In this document: positions 1 to 8,394 of the stretch, one piece after another
Layout of the letters: each line of letters opens with the position of its first letter
How positions within the stretch are numbered: the stretch's first letter is position 1
Assembly: GCA_903821355.1 (NCBI GenBank)
Contig: CAIJKW010000022.1
Coordinates: 423 to 64,422, forward strand
From: an uncultured bacterium
GTDB taxonomy: Bacteria; Patescibacteriota; Minisyncoccia; Phycocordibacterales; CAIZLB01
Direction: 5' to 3'
Length of the DNA stretch: 64,000 bases
The notes under the pieces: model-generated
What the model saw: the letters and a program-made list of their open reading frames with translations, nothing else
Told to the model about the DNA's origin: nothing
Databases searched by the model: none
Program-made: the position numbers and the translations under genes

Positions 1-963
1 AACCTGCCATTTGGCGGAGTACAAATCATCGCCGTTGGAGACCTATTTCAACTTCCTCCAGTTGTTACAAGTTATGAGGAGGAAATGTTTTCTTCGTACT
101 ATAAGAGCCCATACTTTTTTGATTCAAAAGTTTTTGTCGATGCAGATTTTAAGTTGATTGAGCTTAATAAAATCTATCGTCAAGACGATGATAAATTTAT
201 AGATATTCTAGAGGGTGTAAGATCTGGAAATATAAGAGACTCGCATTTAGATTTGTTAAATAAAAGACATTGTGACCCAACTGAAGAAAATCTTGATCCG
301 TCAATTTACAATGATTATATTTTTCTTGTTACAACGAATGCCATGGCGGATGCAATTAATAACGGAAAATTAAATGAAATTGAATCGAACAAAATAATTT
401 TTAAAGGTAGAAAGACAGGCTCGTTTGAAAGAAATTTTCCAACAAATGAAGATCTTGCGTTAAAGGAGAACGCAAGAATCATGATGCTAAATAATGACAA
501 AGAGGGAAGATGGGTTAATGGTGATTTGGGTACCGTTACTAAGATAAATGAACATAAGCAAGAAATTTATGTCAGGCTGGAAAATGGCGCGGAAGCAATC
601 GTTCCAAAATATACTTGGGAGATGATTAAGTTTTCATACGATAAAGATTTTGACTCCGTTGATACTGACGTCGTCGGTACTTTTGCACAATTTCCAATTA
701 GACTTGCGTGGGCAATTACTATTCACAAAGGGCAAGGGAAGACCTACAACAACGTGATAGTTGATTTTGGTAGAGGAACTTTCACTCACGGCCAAGCCTA
801 TGTTGCACTTAGTAGGTGCAGAAGCTTGGAGGGTATGATTTTAAAAACTCCGCTAGTAAGGCGTCATATTATGATCGATGAACGCATCGTCGCATTCATG
901 AAAAATATGACCAGTGAAAATAAATCAATATTTATGGGTGATAATGAGCACTTGGCAATTTAG
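1..963 (+). CDS. Pif1/RecD-like SF1B DNA helicase (5'-truncated by window edge)
   Basis: Frame is open from base 1: NLPFGGVQIIAVGDLFQLPPV. Later LNKIYRQDD, QFPIRLAWAITIHKGQGKT and GQAYVALSR are Pif1-family motifs. Confidence 0.9.
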   Translation, partial: NLPFGGVQIIAVGDLFQLPPVVTSYEEEMFSSYYKSPYFFDSKVFVDADFKLIELNKIYRQDDDKFIDILEGVRSGNIRDSHLDLLNKRHCDPTEENLDPSIYNDYIFLVTTNAMADAINNGKLNEIESNKIIFKGRKTGSFERNFPTNEDLALKENARIMMLNNDKEGRWVNGDLGTVTKINEHKQEIYVRLENGAEAIVPKYTWEMIKFSYDKDFDSVDTDVVGTFAQFPIRLAWAITIHKGQGKTYNNVIVDFGRGTFTHGQAYVALSRCRSLEGMILKTPLVRRHIMIDERIVAFMKNMTSENKSIFMGDNEHLAI

Positions 964-1082
964 GTGAGTAGATGGATAGGTAAAAAGGGCCAGCAGCAGC
1001 GCCCCCCCCTTCCAAAAAAATTGAACTCAGCCTGTATTTAAGGTATAATTCAAATATCAATCATCAAGCTTAAAATAATTTT

Positions 1083-1436
1083 ATGACAATCGGTATACCA
1101 AATTTTGATAAAAACGAAGAAATCTTAGATCCAGAACTAAGACATCTTAAGGAGATTGTTGACCCTTTGATAGAAAATGCTCCAGATGAAAAGCTGAGTC
1201 CAAATTTTTATGTAACTCTTCCAGACGGTACAGTTGAGTTTATTCCTAAAAAAGATATACATGGGAGATTTGATGACCCTTCTGTCGAGTATGTAAATGA
1301 AGATGGAAATGTGGTTAAAGAACATCTTGGAGAGAAGGATGGTAAATTTGAATCCATAGGTCAGGCGGAACATTTTGAAAGTAAAAAACATTCTCCCGAT
1401 TACGACCCTCGTCAAATAGAACTTAAGCTTGATTAA
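1083..1436 (+). CDS. Hypothetical acidic protein
   Basis: 117-aa ORF with TATAAT upstream (~1045); no recognised motif. Confidence 0.6.
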   Translation: MTIGIPNFDKNEEILDPELRHLKEIVDPLIENAPDEKLSPNFYVTLPDGTVEFIPKKDIHGRFDDPSVEYVNEDGNVVKEHLGEKDGKFESIGQAEHFESKKHSPDYDPRQIELKLD

Positions 1437-1452
1437 CAAACACCTTTTTTGG

Positions 1453-2691
1453 CTAATGCGCGACACCTGAACCTATAGTTGTAATTTGCAGATTCTTTGG
1501 TGTGAAAGAATCCAGCTCTATATATGAAGGTATCTTTATATTGTCTTTATTGATTGTGATGTTATTTTCTCCAGCATTAAACTTACTTGCATCAACTATG
1601 GCGTGAACATCTTCCTGTTTTAAATTAGCAACATCTTTATTGCTTCCCATAACAGTTATTTTTACTGTGCTCTGAGAGTTTGCACTAATTGTCATATCCG
1701 ATTTTAGATATTTGAATTCTACTGGAACAGAATATGTATTTTTTACAACACCCGCTGTATAGACAAGAAAGAACCAAAACAATACAGATAAAACTAAGGC
1801 AATAATTTTTGTAGTACTATTTTTAATCAGAAAATAATGTGCTAAGCCCTTCGATTTATTTGAAGAATCAACTTCGTCATCGGCAAACTTATGAATTATG
1901 TTTGCTAATTCTTCAGGTGTCGCAATCTTTTTAAGATTGCCGTCTTGCGAAACAGAAACTTCACCTCTTTCTTCTGAGACAACAATCGCGAGCGCGTCAG
2001 TTTTTTCTGTTATTCCAGCTGTGGCACGATGTCTTGTTCCAACTCTACTGTACTCCGTAAATTCACGCGCCAAAGGCAGGTGAAGTCCAAACATCTTAAT
2101 TCTAGAGCCTTCAATGAGCATGGCGCCATCGTGTCCGGGAGATGTCGGATCAAAGATGCTCAAAATAAGCGGTCTGGAGATTTGACCATCAAGAGGAAAG
2201 CCGCCCTCGATAAGATCATCCAGTGGATACTGACCAGGTAGAACAATTATTGCGCCTATTCTCTGTTTTGCCATATCAAAAACTGATCTAACGATTGTCT
2301 GTGTATTTTCTTCGGGAAGAGAAAGAGCCTTAGCAAAAGTTGTTTTTCTGCCAGCACTAAACCATTTGAAAAACTTTCTGATTTCCGGCTGAAAGACGAC
2401 GACAAAAATCGCAATAAAAAAGGTAAGTAGCGGTTCAAAAATTTGTCTAGTCAATGCAAGGTCAAATTTCTGAGAAATAAAATTTATACCTAGGAGAATG
2501 ACGATGGCGCTAAATATAAAATTTGATCTAGTTTGCTTAATAAAAATTAGAACGAGGTAAATACAGGCGGCGACAATTATTATGTCAAAAATATCCCTCA
2601 CTGATATTGAGAGAAGGGTAGATGTAACCTGACTTGGTAATGACCATAGACCCGCCATTAAATCCGTTGAATTTGGTAGATTATTGAACAT
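1453..2691 (-). CDS. cdaA: Membrane diadenylate cyclase (CdaA-type DAC) fused to a TM helix and a YbbR/CdaR-like domain
   Basis: N-terminal TM helices, FQPEIR, DAC motifs GHDGA and GTRHRA, VVSEERG. C-terminal beta-rich YbbR-like segment (VPVEFK...TVKITVMGS...AIVDAS). Start ATG 2691 preferred. Confidence 0.88.
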   Translation of the reverse strand: MFNNLPNSTDLMAGLWSLPSQVTSTLLSISVRDIFDIIIVAACIYLVLIFIKQTRSNFIFSAIVILLGINFISQKFDLALTRQIFEPLLTFFIAIFVVVFQPEIRKFFKWFSAGRKTTFAKALSLPEENTQTIVRSVFDMAKQRIGAIIVLPGQYPLDDLIEGGFPLDGQISRPLILSIFDPTSPGHDGAMLIEGSRIKMFGLHLPLAREFTEYSRVGTRHRATAGITEKTDALAIVVSEERGEVSVSQDGNLKKIATPEELANIIHKFADDEVDSSNKSKGLAHYFLIKNSTTKIIALVLSVLFWFFLVYTAGVVKNTYSVPVEFKYLKSDMTISANSQSTVKITVMGSNKDVANLKQEDVHAIVDASKFNAGENNITINKDNIKIPSYIELDSFTPKNLQITTIGSGVAH

Positions 2692-2828
2692 ATACTTTTT
2701 TATAACATATTTCCTTATATCAGACAACAGTTATTGACTTTTTGGAAATTTCATGTAGTGTTGTAAGCGGACTTTCTGTCCAGTCACACAATAATCCAGA
2801 TTCAACCCCACAGAAAAAACAAAGAACA

Positions 2829-3722
2829 ATGAAAACAAAAACAACAATCGGGGGCTTTATCGCCCTCCTCTTTGCTGCCGCTTCGGCGACGGCAACACCG
2901 CCGCCGCTACCACCAACAGTGGTTGTGAAAGCAGCCATCGTTGTCAACGGGTCGCCAACCTCAACCACCGTCGCCACCTTGCCAGCAAAGGTGACCGTGG
3001 CTGATGTTGGTCTCAGTCAGATCGTCCATCTTGGTACGGGCCTGCAGTTTGAGTTCCAAGACTCAGCAGGACACCCTGTCAACGTGGATGGTTTCAAGGC
3101 CGCCAAGGCAGAGCACTCACTCATCGGCAACGGCACCGCATTCTGGACAAATACCCCATTGGGGTCTTTTCATCCAGATGACCAAGGGTCACCGGATTAT
3201 CATGTCTACAACGCCTCTGGCGCTGACGTGACTCCGTCCTCTGGTTTTGTTACCGGCTACATGGGCGATAATTCGGGAGCAGTTCTGCCTCCGATGTCCA
3301 GGTTCCAGGTCCTAGACCAGACGATTACGCTTGGAGGTACATCAGGCCGTCCGCTGCTCGCTGCCGCTGGCAATTACTACAGCTTCACTTACACTTGGGT
3401 CTTTTCGTACTCCTACGGGGGCACGACTTACACCAAGACACTGTCGTCATCCGACACAGAGGTGATGGTTCAAGTGGTTGCTGGGTTGCCGGACTTTTTC
3501 AAGGGAGAGGAGGGGGTTGTCCCCCCATGTCTCATTCACCTTGAGGTAAGTGAGAACCTTGCCGATTGGGTTATTCCTCCCGGCGTGGTGATTCCAAACC
3601 CTCGTCCGACGAATATTTTGAATATCGTTGACCTGCTGAAATCAACCTCAGCTTTTTCAGGCCAAACAAACGGCGGCGTCACCCGATTCTACAGATACGT
3701 TCAGAGCCCAATTCTGCCGTAG
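2829..3722 (+). CDS. Secreted hypothetical protein, GC-rich (likely horizontally acquired)
   Basis: Signal peptide MKTKTTIGGFIALLFAAASA, own TTGACT promoter (~2735) and GC-rich terminator 3757-3791. C-terminus LEVSENLADW...RFYR. Confidence 0.75.
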   Translation: MKTKTTIGGFIALLFAAASATATPPPLPPTVVVKAAIVVNGSPTSTTVATLPAKVTVADVGLSQIVHLGTGLQFEFQDSAGHPVNVDGFKAAKAEHSLIGNGTAFWTNTPLGSFHPDDQGSPDYHVYNASGADVTPSSGFVTGYMGDNSGAVLPPMSRFQVLDQTITLGGTSGRPLLAAAGNYYSFTYTWVFSYSYGGTTYTKTLSSSDTEVMVQVVAGLPDFFKGEEGVVPPCLIHLEVSENLADWVIPPGVVIPNPRPTNILNIVDLLKSTSAFSGQTNGGVTRFYRYVQSPILP

Positions 3723-3756
3723 ATGTGAATGGAATCGGCTGGATCCAGTCACGGAA

Positions 3757-3791
3757 ACGCCCGTGCCCCAAGTGGGTGCGGGTGTTTTTTC
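3757..3791 (+). terminator. Intrinsic terminator
   Basis: acgcccgtgccc-caagt-gggtgcgggtgt followed by a T-run. Confidence 0.75.
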
Positions 3792-3863
3792 TATAATTTT
3801 TTCTTGACATTTTAATTTTAATCTGGTACCATCATGTGATTAGAAAAGTTATAAATCATTATT

Positions 3864-4832
3864 ATGTTTACAAAAAATATTAAAGTAATCGCCTGTTCAG
3901 CACTCATATTGGGCTCATCATTGTTTCTTTTGATGATAATCTTTGGTGTGTCAGGCGTAAATGCGGCATCGGGTTCGGATTCAGAAACAACTGACACAAC
4001 ATCAGTGGTTGTAGAAAACTCATACACTCTATGCCATGATGGTATGGACAATGACAACAACGGAACAACAGACATGGGAGACAGAAACTGTTCAAATTTT
4101 ACTACAGCACCAGCTACAACAACTGATACAACATCATTAGTTGTAGAAAACTCATACTCTCTATGTCATGATGGTATGGACAATGACAACAATGGAACAA
4201 CAGATATGGGAGACAGAAATTGTTCCAACTTTGTTTCAATAGCAACTCCAGAACTTGACACAACATCAGTGGTTGTAGAAAACTCATACACTCTATGCCA
4301 TGATGGTATGGACAATGACAACAACGGAACAACAGACATGGGAGACAGAAATTGTGCAGGTCACGATACAAGACCAGCTACTACAACACCTCAAAACCCA
4401 GTTATAATATCAACAGGTGGTGGAAGTAGTTCTTCAGGAAGTTATCTACCAGGCTTTGGAGGTCTATCCACTGGATCAGTTTTGGGTGCAGCTATTGATA
4501 CAGAGTCTACATCGACATCTTGCGATAGCCTATTTAAAACTTTCATGAGAAAGGGATACAAGAATAACAAAGCGGAAGTTATTAAATTACAAAAATTCTT
4601 GAATACAGAGCTTAATATAAAATTACCTGTAACAGGAACTTTTGGTTCACTGACTGACAAGGCGGTAAGAGAGTTTCAACTGAAGAAGGCAAATATAGTT
4701 TTGGTTCCTTGGGTTAAGGCAGGTCTTATGAAGAACATAACTTCTACCGGATACTTCTATAGAACAACTCAATTTGCAGCAAATCAAATATTATGTCCAA
4801 GCACGGTAGTTGATGCTCCAATCTTGAAATAA
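3864..4832 (+). CDS. Surface protein with three C-x-DG-x-DND-x-xG metal(Ca)-binding repeats and a C-terminal peptidoglycan-binding domain
   Basis: N-terminal TM/signal; 3x ENSY(T/S)LCHDGMDNDNNGTTDMGDRNC; C-terminal EVIKLQKFLN...TGTFGSLTDKAVREFQ (PG_binding_1-like). Confidence 0.85.
   Translation: MFTKNIKVIACSALILGSSLFLLMIIFGVSGVNAASGSDSETTDTTSVVVENSYTLCHDGMDNDNNGTTDMGDRNCSNFTTAPATTTDTTSLVVENSYSLCHDGMDNDNNGTTDMGDRNCSNFVSIATPELDTTSVVVENSYTLCHDGMDNDNNGTTDMGDRNCAGHDTRPATTTPQNPVIISTGGGSSSSGSYLPGFGGLSTGSVLGAAIDTESTSTSCDSLFKTFMRKGYKNNKAEVIKLQKFLNTELNIKLPVTGTFGSLTDKAVREFQLKKANIVLVPWVKAGLMKNITSTGYFYRTTQFAANQILCPSTVVDAPILK
3993..4351 (+). repeat. Intragenic repeat, 3 copies, 132-nt period
   Basis: Copies start at 3993, 4125 and 4257. 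Copies 1 and 3 are identical over ~95 nt; copy 2 has a few substitutions. Confidence 0.9.
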
Positions 4833-4961
4833 CAAGAATATCTAAAAAGATGTAAGGAATCTTAAAAAACAAAAAACTATCCGTAAGGGTGGTTTTTTGT
4901 TATAATGTCGATATCGAAAGTATTTGTGAATAATTAATAAAAACAAAGAAAATTCGTCAAA

Positions 4962-5912
4962 ATGAAAAAACTAATAAGAAAAACTTTTATACACAGAAAT
5001 GAAAAGATGCCATATTTGTGGACCGGAGCCGGAGTTTCTATTTTGTCAGTAGTTATTTTGGCTCTTGTCGTCTTTGCTCAGTTTCATCAATATATTTTTC
5101 TAAAAATTAATCACGGACTTTCAGGTTCAGTAATTAATTCTGTTGTGGTTGATATGACAAATCAAGAAAGAGCTTCACTTGGATTAGGCGAACTAAAGAC
5201 CAACGAAGCACTAAGAAAAGCCGCTCAAGCAAAAGCGGATGACATGGCCAAGAGCGGGTATTTTGCACATCAGAGTCCAGACGGAAAAACTCCATGGTAT
5301 TGGATAGATCAGACTGGCTATACTTACAAAGCGGCGGGGGAGAACTTGGCAGTGAATTTTGACTATTCAAGGGATGTTGTAAATGCTTGGATGAATTCGC
5401 CAACACACAAAGCTAATATCGTTAAAGCAAAATATCAAGAAATTGGAATAGGAATTGCAGAAGGTTTTTATCTTGGTCGCCCAACAGTTTTTGTTGTGCA
5501 GATGTTTGGAACACCAAAAGGGGATATCGGATTTGGCAACGCACCAACTTTGACGATGAATACAACCGCGACAGCAAATGTGTCAACCACCACCGCTGTA
5601 GCTACAACCAGCACAACGACGACTGCCGTGGCGGGCGCAACAGCCATCTCGACAACAAAAGTCTTGGGCGCTTCTTTTGACACCATCTCTCTTTACGATT
5701 TACTTTTCTCTGGAAAAATCAGGACTATCGTATTAAGCACCATCATAATACTAATTATTTTGGTTCTTCTCCTTGCTCTCACAAATCCAAACGGTAAGAT
5801 GATTGTTAAGATTGCCAAAATGGCCTTAATTCCTTTAACTATACTTTTGATTGCCTATATTGTCCTAATTCTGAAGAGTGGCACAGCGGAAAGTAGCTTT
5901 CTGGAGTTCTAA
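4962..5912 (+). CDS. CAP/SCP domain membrane-anchored protein
   Basis: TNQER...AAQAKADDM...YFAHQSPDG, GENLA, AWMNSPTHKANI, EIGIG. Thr-rich linker and C-terminal TMs. Confidence 0.9.
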   Translation: MKKLIRKTFIHRNEKMPYLWTGAGVSILSVVILALVVFAQFHQYIFLKINHGLSGSVINSVVVDMTNQERASLGLGELKTNEALRKAAQAKADDMAKSGYFAHQSPDGKTPWYWIDQTGYTYKAAGENLAVNFDYSRDVVNAWMNSPTHKANIVKAKYQEIGIGIAEGFYLGRPTVFVVQMFGTPKGDIGFGNAPTLTMNTTATANVSTTTAVATTSTTTTAVAGATAISTTKVLGASFDTISLYDLLFSGKIRTIVLSTIIILIILVLLLALTNPNGKMIVKIAKMALIPLTILLIAYIVLILKSGTAESSFLEF

Positions 5913-6034
5913 TTAAGTGTTTCTGACATTTAAGTATTGACAATATTAACATAATATGCCAATATATGGTCTGACATCGGAGGTCTTTGTCAGTCTGTTA
6001 TTCTAGTTTCAACTCAAACAATTCACAACCAAAA

Positions 6035-6241
6035 ATGAAACCGCGAGATATTGTAATTGCAGTGGGTGGTGCATGTATTGTGTGCTACTTTATCATCCTA
6101 GGTGGCAACGCGTGGCTCTATAACCACGCCAGCCATGAGTCAATCAAAGCACTCCTTCCAAAGGAGAATATAATCACCCCGGCAAAAGCGCCTAACAAGG
6201 CGCCGTCGGTGGAAGTATCAGAAATCATCAGGCAGCACTAG
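6035..6241 (+). CDS. Small single-TM hypothetical protein in a stand-alone cassette
   Basis: TTGACA promoter ~5937, 5' hairpin ctgaca...tgtcag, A/C-rich leader, terminator ggcgccggca-attc-tgccggcgcc-tttt (6268-6295). Confidence 0.6.
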   Translation: MKPRDIVIAVGGACIVCYFIILGGNAWLYNHASHESIKALLPKENIITPAKAPNKAPSVEVSEIIRQH

Positions 6242-6370
6242 CCAAAACAATTAGTGTAGGATTCGTTGGCGCCGGCAATTCTGCCGGCGCCTTTTGTTGT
6301 ATCAAAAATGTTTGATGGACAAAATCGTCAAAAGTTATAAACTTAAAGCCTTACAAATTTAAATACAAAC

Positions 6371-7132
6371 ATGGACTTAACATTTATAATAGTAGTTATC
6401 GTAGTAATTCTTTTGACGATGTCACTTAAAGTCGTAAAAGAATATGACAGAGGCGTCATCTTTTTCCTAGGAAAAGTGACTGGTGTTCGCGGGCCTGGAC
6501 TTATCATCCTCATCCCAATTTTTGAGCAGATGACAAAGGTGTCGCTTAGAACAATTACGATGAGCATTCCTTCGCAAAAAATTATTACAAAAGATAATGT
6601 TTCAATTGATATCGCGGCGGTTGCGTATTATCACATTTTGGATCCGCAGAAGTCAGTTGTTGCAATTGAAGATGTTTATAGTGCAGTTAATCAAATTAGT
6701 CAGACAACGGTTAGAAATATCGTTGGGCAATTTGAGCTGGATCAATTGTTGCAAAAGACGGGGCAAATTAATGTGCAGATTAAGGAAGTGATCGATATTC
6801 ATACAGAGCCATGGGGAATTCAAGTTACTGCTGTTGAGATTAAAGACATTACTTTGCCTGACAATATGCAAAGAGCGATGGCCAAGGAGGCGGAGGCTGA
6901 GCGTGAGCGTCGTGCCAAGATTGTTGCGGCTGAAGGAGAGTTCCAAGCTGCGGTTAAGCTTTGCGAGGCGGCAGATCTAATTTCCGCGCATCCTGTTGCA
7001 CTACAATTGCGCACTCTTCAGACGATGGCGGAAATCTCCGTGGAAAAGAACTCGACAATCATTTTCCCTGCGCAGTTTATGACGACGGTGAGCGAGGCGA
7101 TTTCCATGATTAGAGGTGATGTGAAGAAATAG
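6371..7132 (+). CDS. SPFH/band-7 (stomatin-like, slipin) protein
   Basis: YDRGVIFFLGK, ITKDNVSI, WGIQVTAVEIKD, AEAERERRAK, LQLRTLQT. Confidence 0.95.
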   Translation: MDLTFIIVVIVVILLTMSLKVVKEYDRGVIFFLGKVTGVRGPGLIILIPIFEQMTKVSLRTITMSIPSQKIITKDNVSIDIAAVAYYHILDPQKSVVAIEDVYSAVNQISQTTVRNIVGQFELDQLLQKTGQINVQIKEVIDIHTEPWGIQVTAVEIKDITLPDNMQRAMAKEAEAERERRAKIVAAEGEFQAAVKLCEAADLISAHPVALQLRTLQTMAEISVEKNSTIIFPAQFMTTVSEAISMIRGDVKK

Positions 7133-7359
7133 GCGGGTGGTGCGGGATGGAGAACAGATAGGGTTGGTTAAACAAAGGGCGCCGTGAGGCGTCTTTTTTG
7201 TCAAAAACTAGTGAATGACAGGTTGTTTTAACCCTCCATTCACTAAAAAATGGCAAAATTTAGTGAATGAGAAGTAAAGACGAGAGACGTCCAGTGGATT
7301 TTTGTCTGTTTTTGTTTTGTCTGTAATATTTTTGCTTCTCGTTCGTTTTATTAAATATC

Positions 7360-7480
7360 ACAAGCTCATCCCAGTGCTATACACTGTGTAAGGCTAGGGT
7401 AATTTAGTGAGCGACCCAGTAGGTCATCCTGCTGGATGACATGCACTTTAGAGCCGACTCATGGTTGTAATACCATGAAC
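7360..7480. ncRNA. Candidate structured RNA / orphan leader (strand uncertain, probably minus)
   Basis: GC-richer intergenic island with stems gctca/tgagc, cagtg-ctata-cactg, gtcatcc-tgct-ggatgac and catggt-tgtaat-accatg. Minus-strand TTGACA at 7492-7487. Confidence 0.4.
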
Positions 7481-7539
7481 CCATATGTCAAAGCTTTATA
7501 TTGATGTATAGACTAGATATATTGCTGGGTAATATTGTC

Positions 7540-7570
7540 AAAACAGAGACGCTTAGGTGTCTCTGTTTTG
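7540..7570. terminator. Bidirectional terminator-like hairpin
   Basis: aaaacagagac-gcttaggt-gtctctgtttt. Confidence 0.65.
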
Positions 7571-7636
7571 CATATTATGTAGAGTTTTTTTACATCAAGC
7601 TTAAACTTTTTTACGTTTCTTAATATATTTATATCA

Positions 7637-8146
7637 ATGATTACTAATGAAAAAAAAGAAAAAGAGGAATCTCCAGATTATGAAAAGTATAAACAAATGA
7701 TATTGGCTTTTTTGCGACTGGAGAAAAGTATTACAAAAATAAAGTTTGCCAAGCTATTATATTTTGCTGATTTTGCATGGTTTTATAACAATCTCAAAAG
7801 TATGAGTGGAATGCAATATAGAAAAATTCAACAATATGGTCCTATTGCTGATTCGTACTTTAGAATTGTCGATGAGATGTATGACCAAGGTGAAATAAGA
7901 ATTAATCACATAAAAGACGGTGCAACACTCATCTCTTCAACCAGAAGTGGAGATATGATGTATTTGCATAAAATTGCAAAAGCAGAATTCGCCTTAATCA
8001 AAAAAATAGAAAAAAAGTGGAAAGATGAAAAGACTTCTGAAATAGTCGATTTTACTCGCAAACAACTGCCTTTTCTACTGGCACATGAAAATGAAATAGT
8101 ATCATACGATGTATTTGGTCAAGAAGATCCTGATAAAATATTTTAG
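7637..8146 (+). CDS. Panacea (DUF4065/SocA-like) antitoxin domain protein, no N-terminal HTH
   Basis: TKIKFAKLLYFADF...SGMQYRK..YGP, the characteristic DUF4065 pattern. Confidence 0.8.
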   Translation: MITNEKKEKEESPDYEKYKQMILAFLRLEKSITKIKFAKLLYFADFAWFYNNLKSMSGMQYRKIQQYGPIADSYFRIVDEMYDQGEIRINHIKDGATLISSTRSGDMMYLHKIAKAEFALIKKIEKKWKDEKTSEIVDFTRKQLPFLLAHENEIVSYDVFGQEDPDKIF

Positions 8147-8173
8147 TTGTTTATACGAGCTTTTTTTCTCAAA

Positions 8174-8202
8174 TTGACTTTTGAATTCAGTGGATATATA
8201 AT
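8174..8202 (+). promoter_or_regulatory. Sigma70 promoter driving a non-coding transcript
   Basis: TTGACT (8174-8179), 17 nt, TATAAT (8197-8202). Confidence 0.8.
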
Positions 8203-8207
8203 CTCAG

Positions 8208-8354
8208 TAGAAGTATGCAATAATAGCTTTTCAGGCGCTTGAGTGTTCCCTCAGAGGATCTGGGGTATAAATGATAAATCATTTATGTAGCTTAAGAACA
8301 CCGCCTGACTAGACGCTACTTCTAACAAAGTAAGTCTGCTTGGCAGGCTTTTTT
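8208..8354 (+). ncRNA. Structured small RNA convergent with the DUF3800 gene (DUF3800-associated RNA candidate)
   Basis: Nested stems tagaagta/tacttcta, tcaggcg/cgcctga, gtgttc/gaacac; hairpins cctcaga/tctgggg and ataaatga/tcatttat; terminator aagtctgc-ttg-gcaggctt-T-run; no plausible ORF. Confidence 0.75.
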
Positions 8355-8394
8355 TGTTAGTATTAAAATGTTTTTATATAAGTATTCATTGTAT

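Noticed and set aside
3993-4351. DGR template/variable repeat pair
   Set aside because: All copies are in-frame within one gene, the differences are not adenine-specific, and no reverse transcriptase is present.
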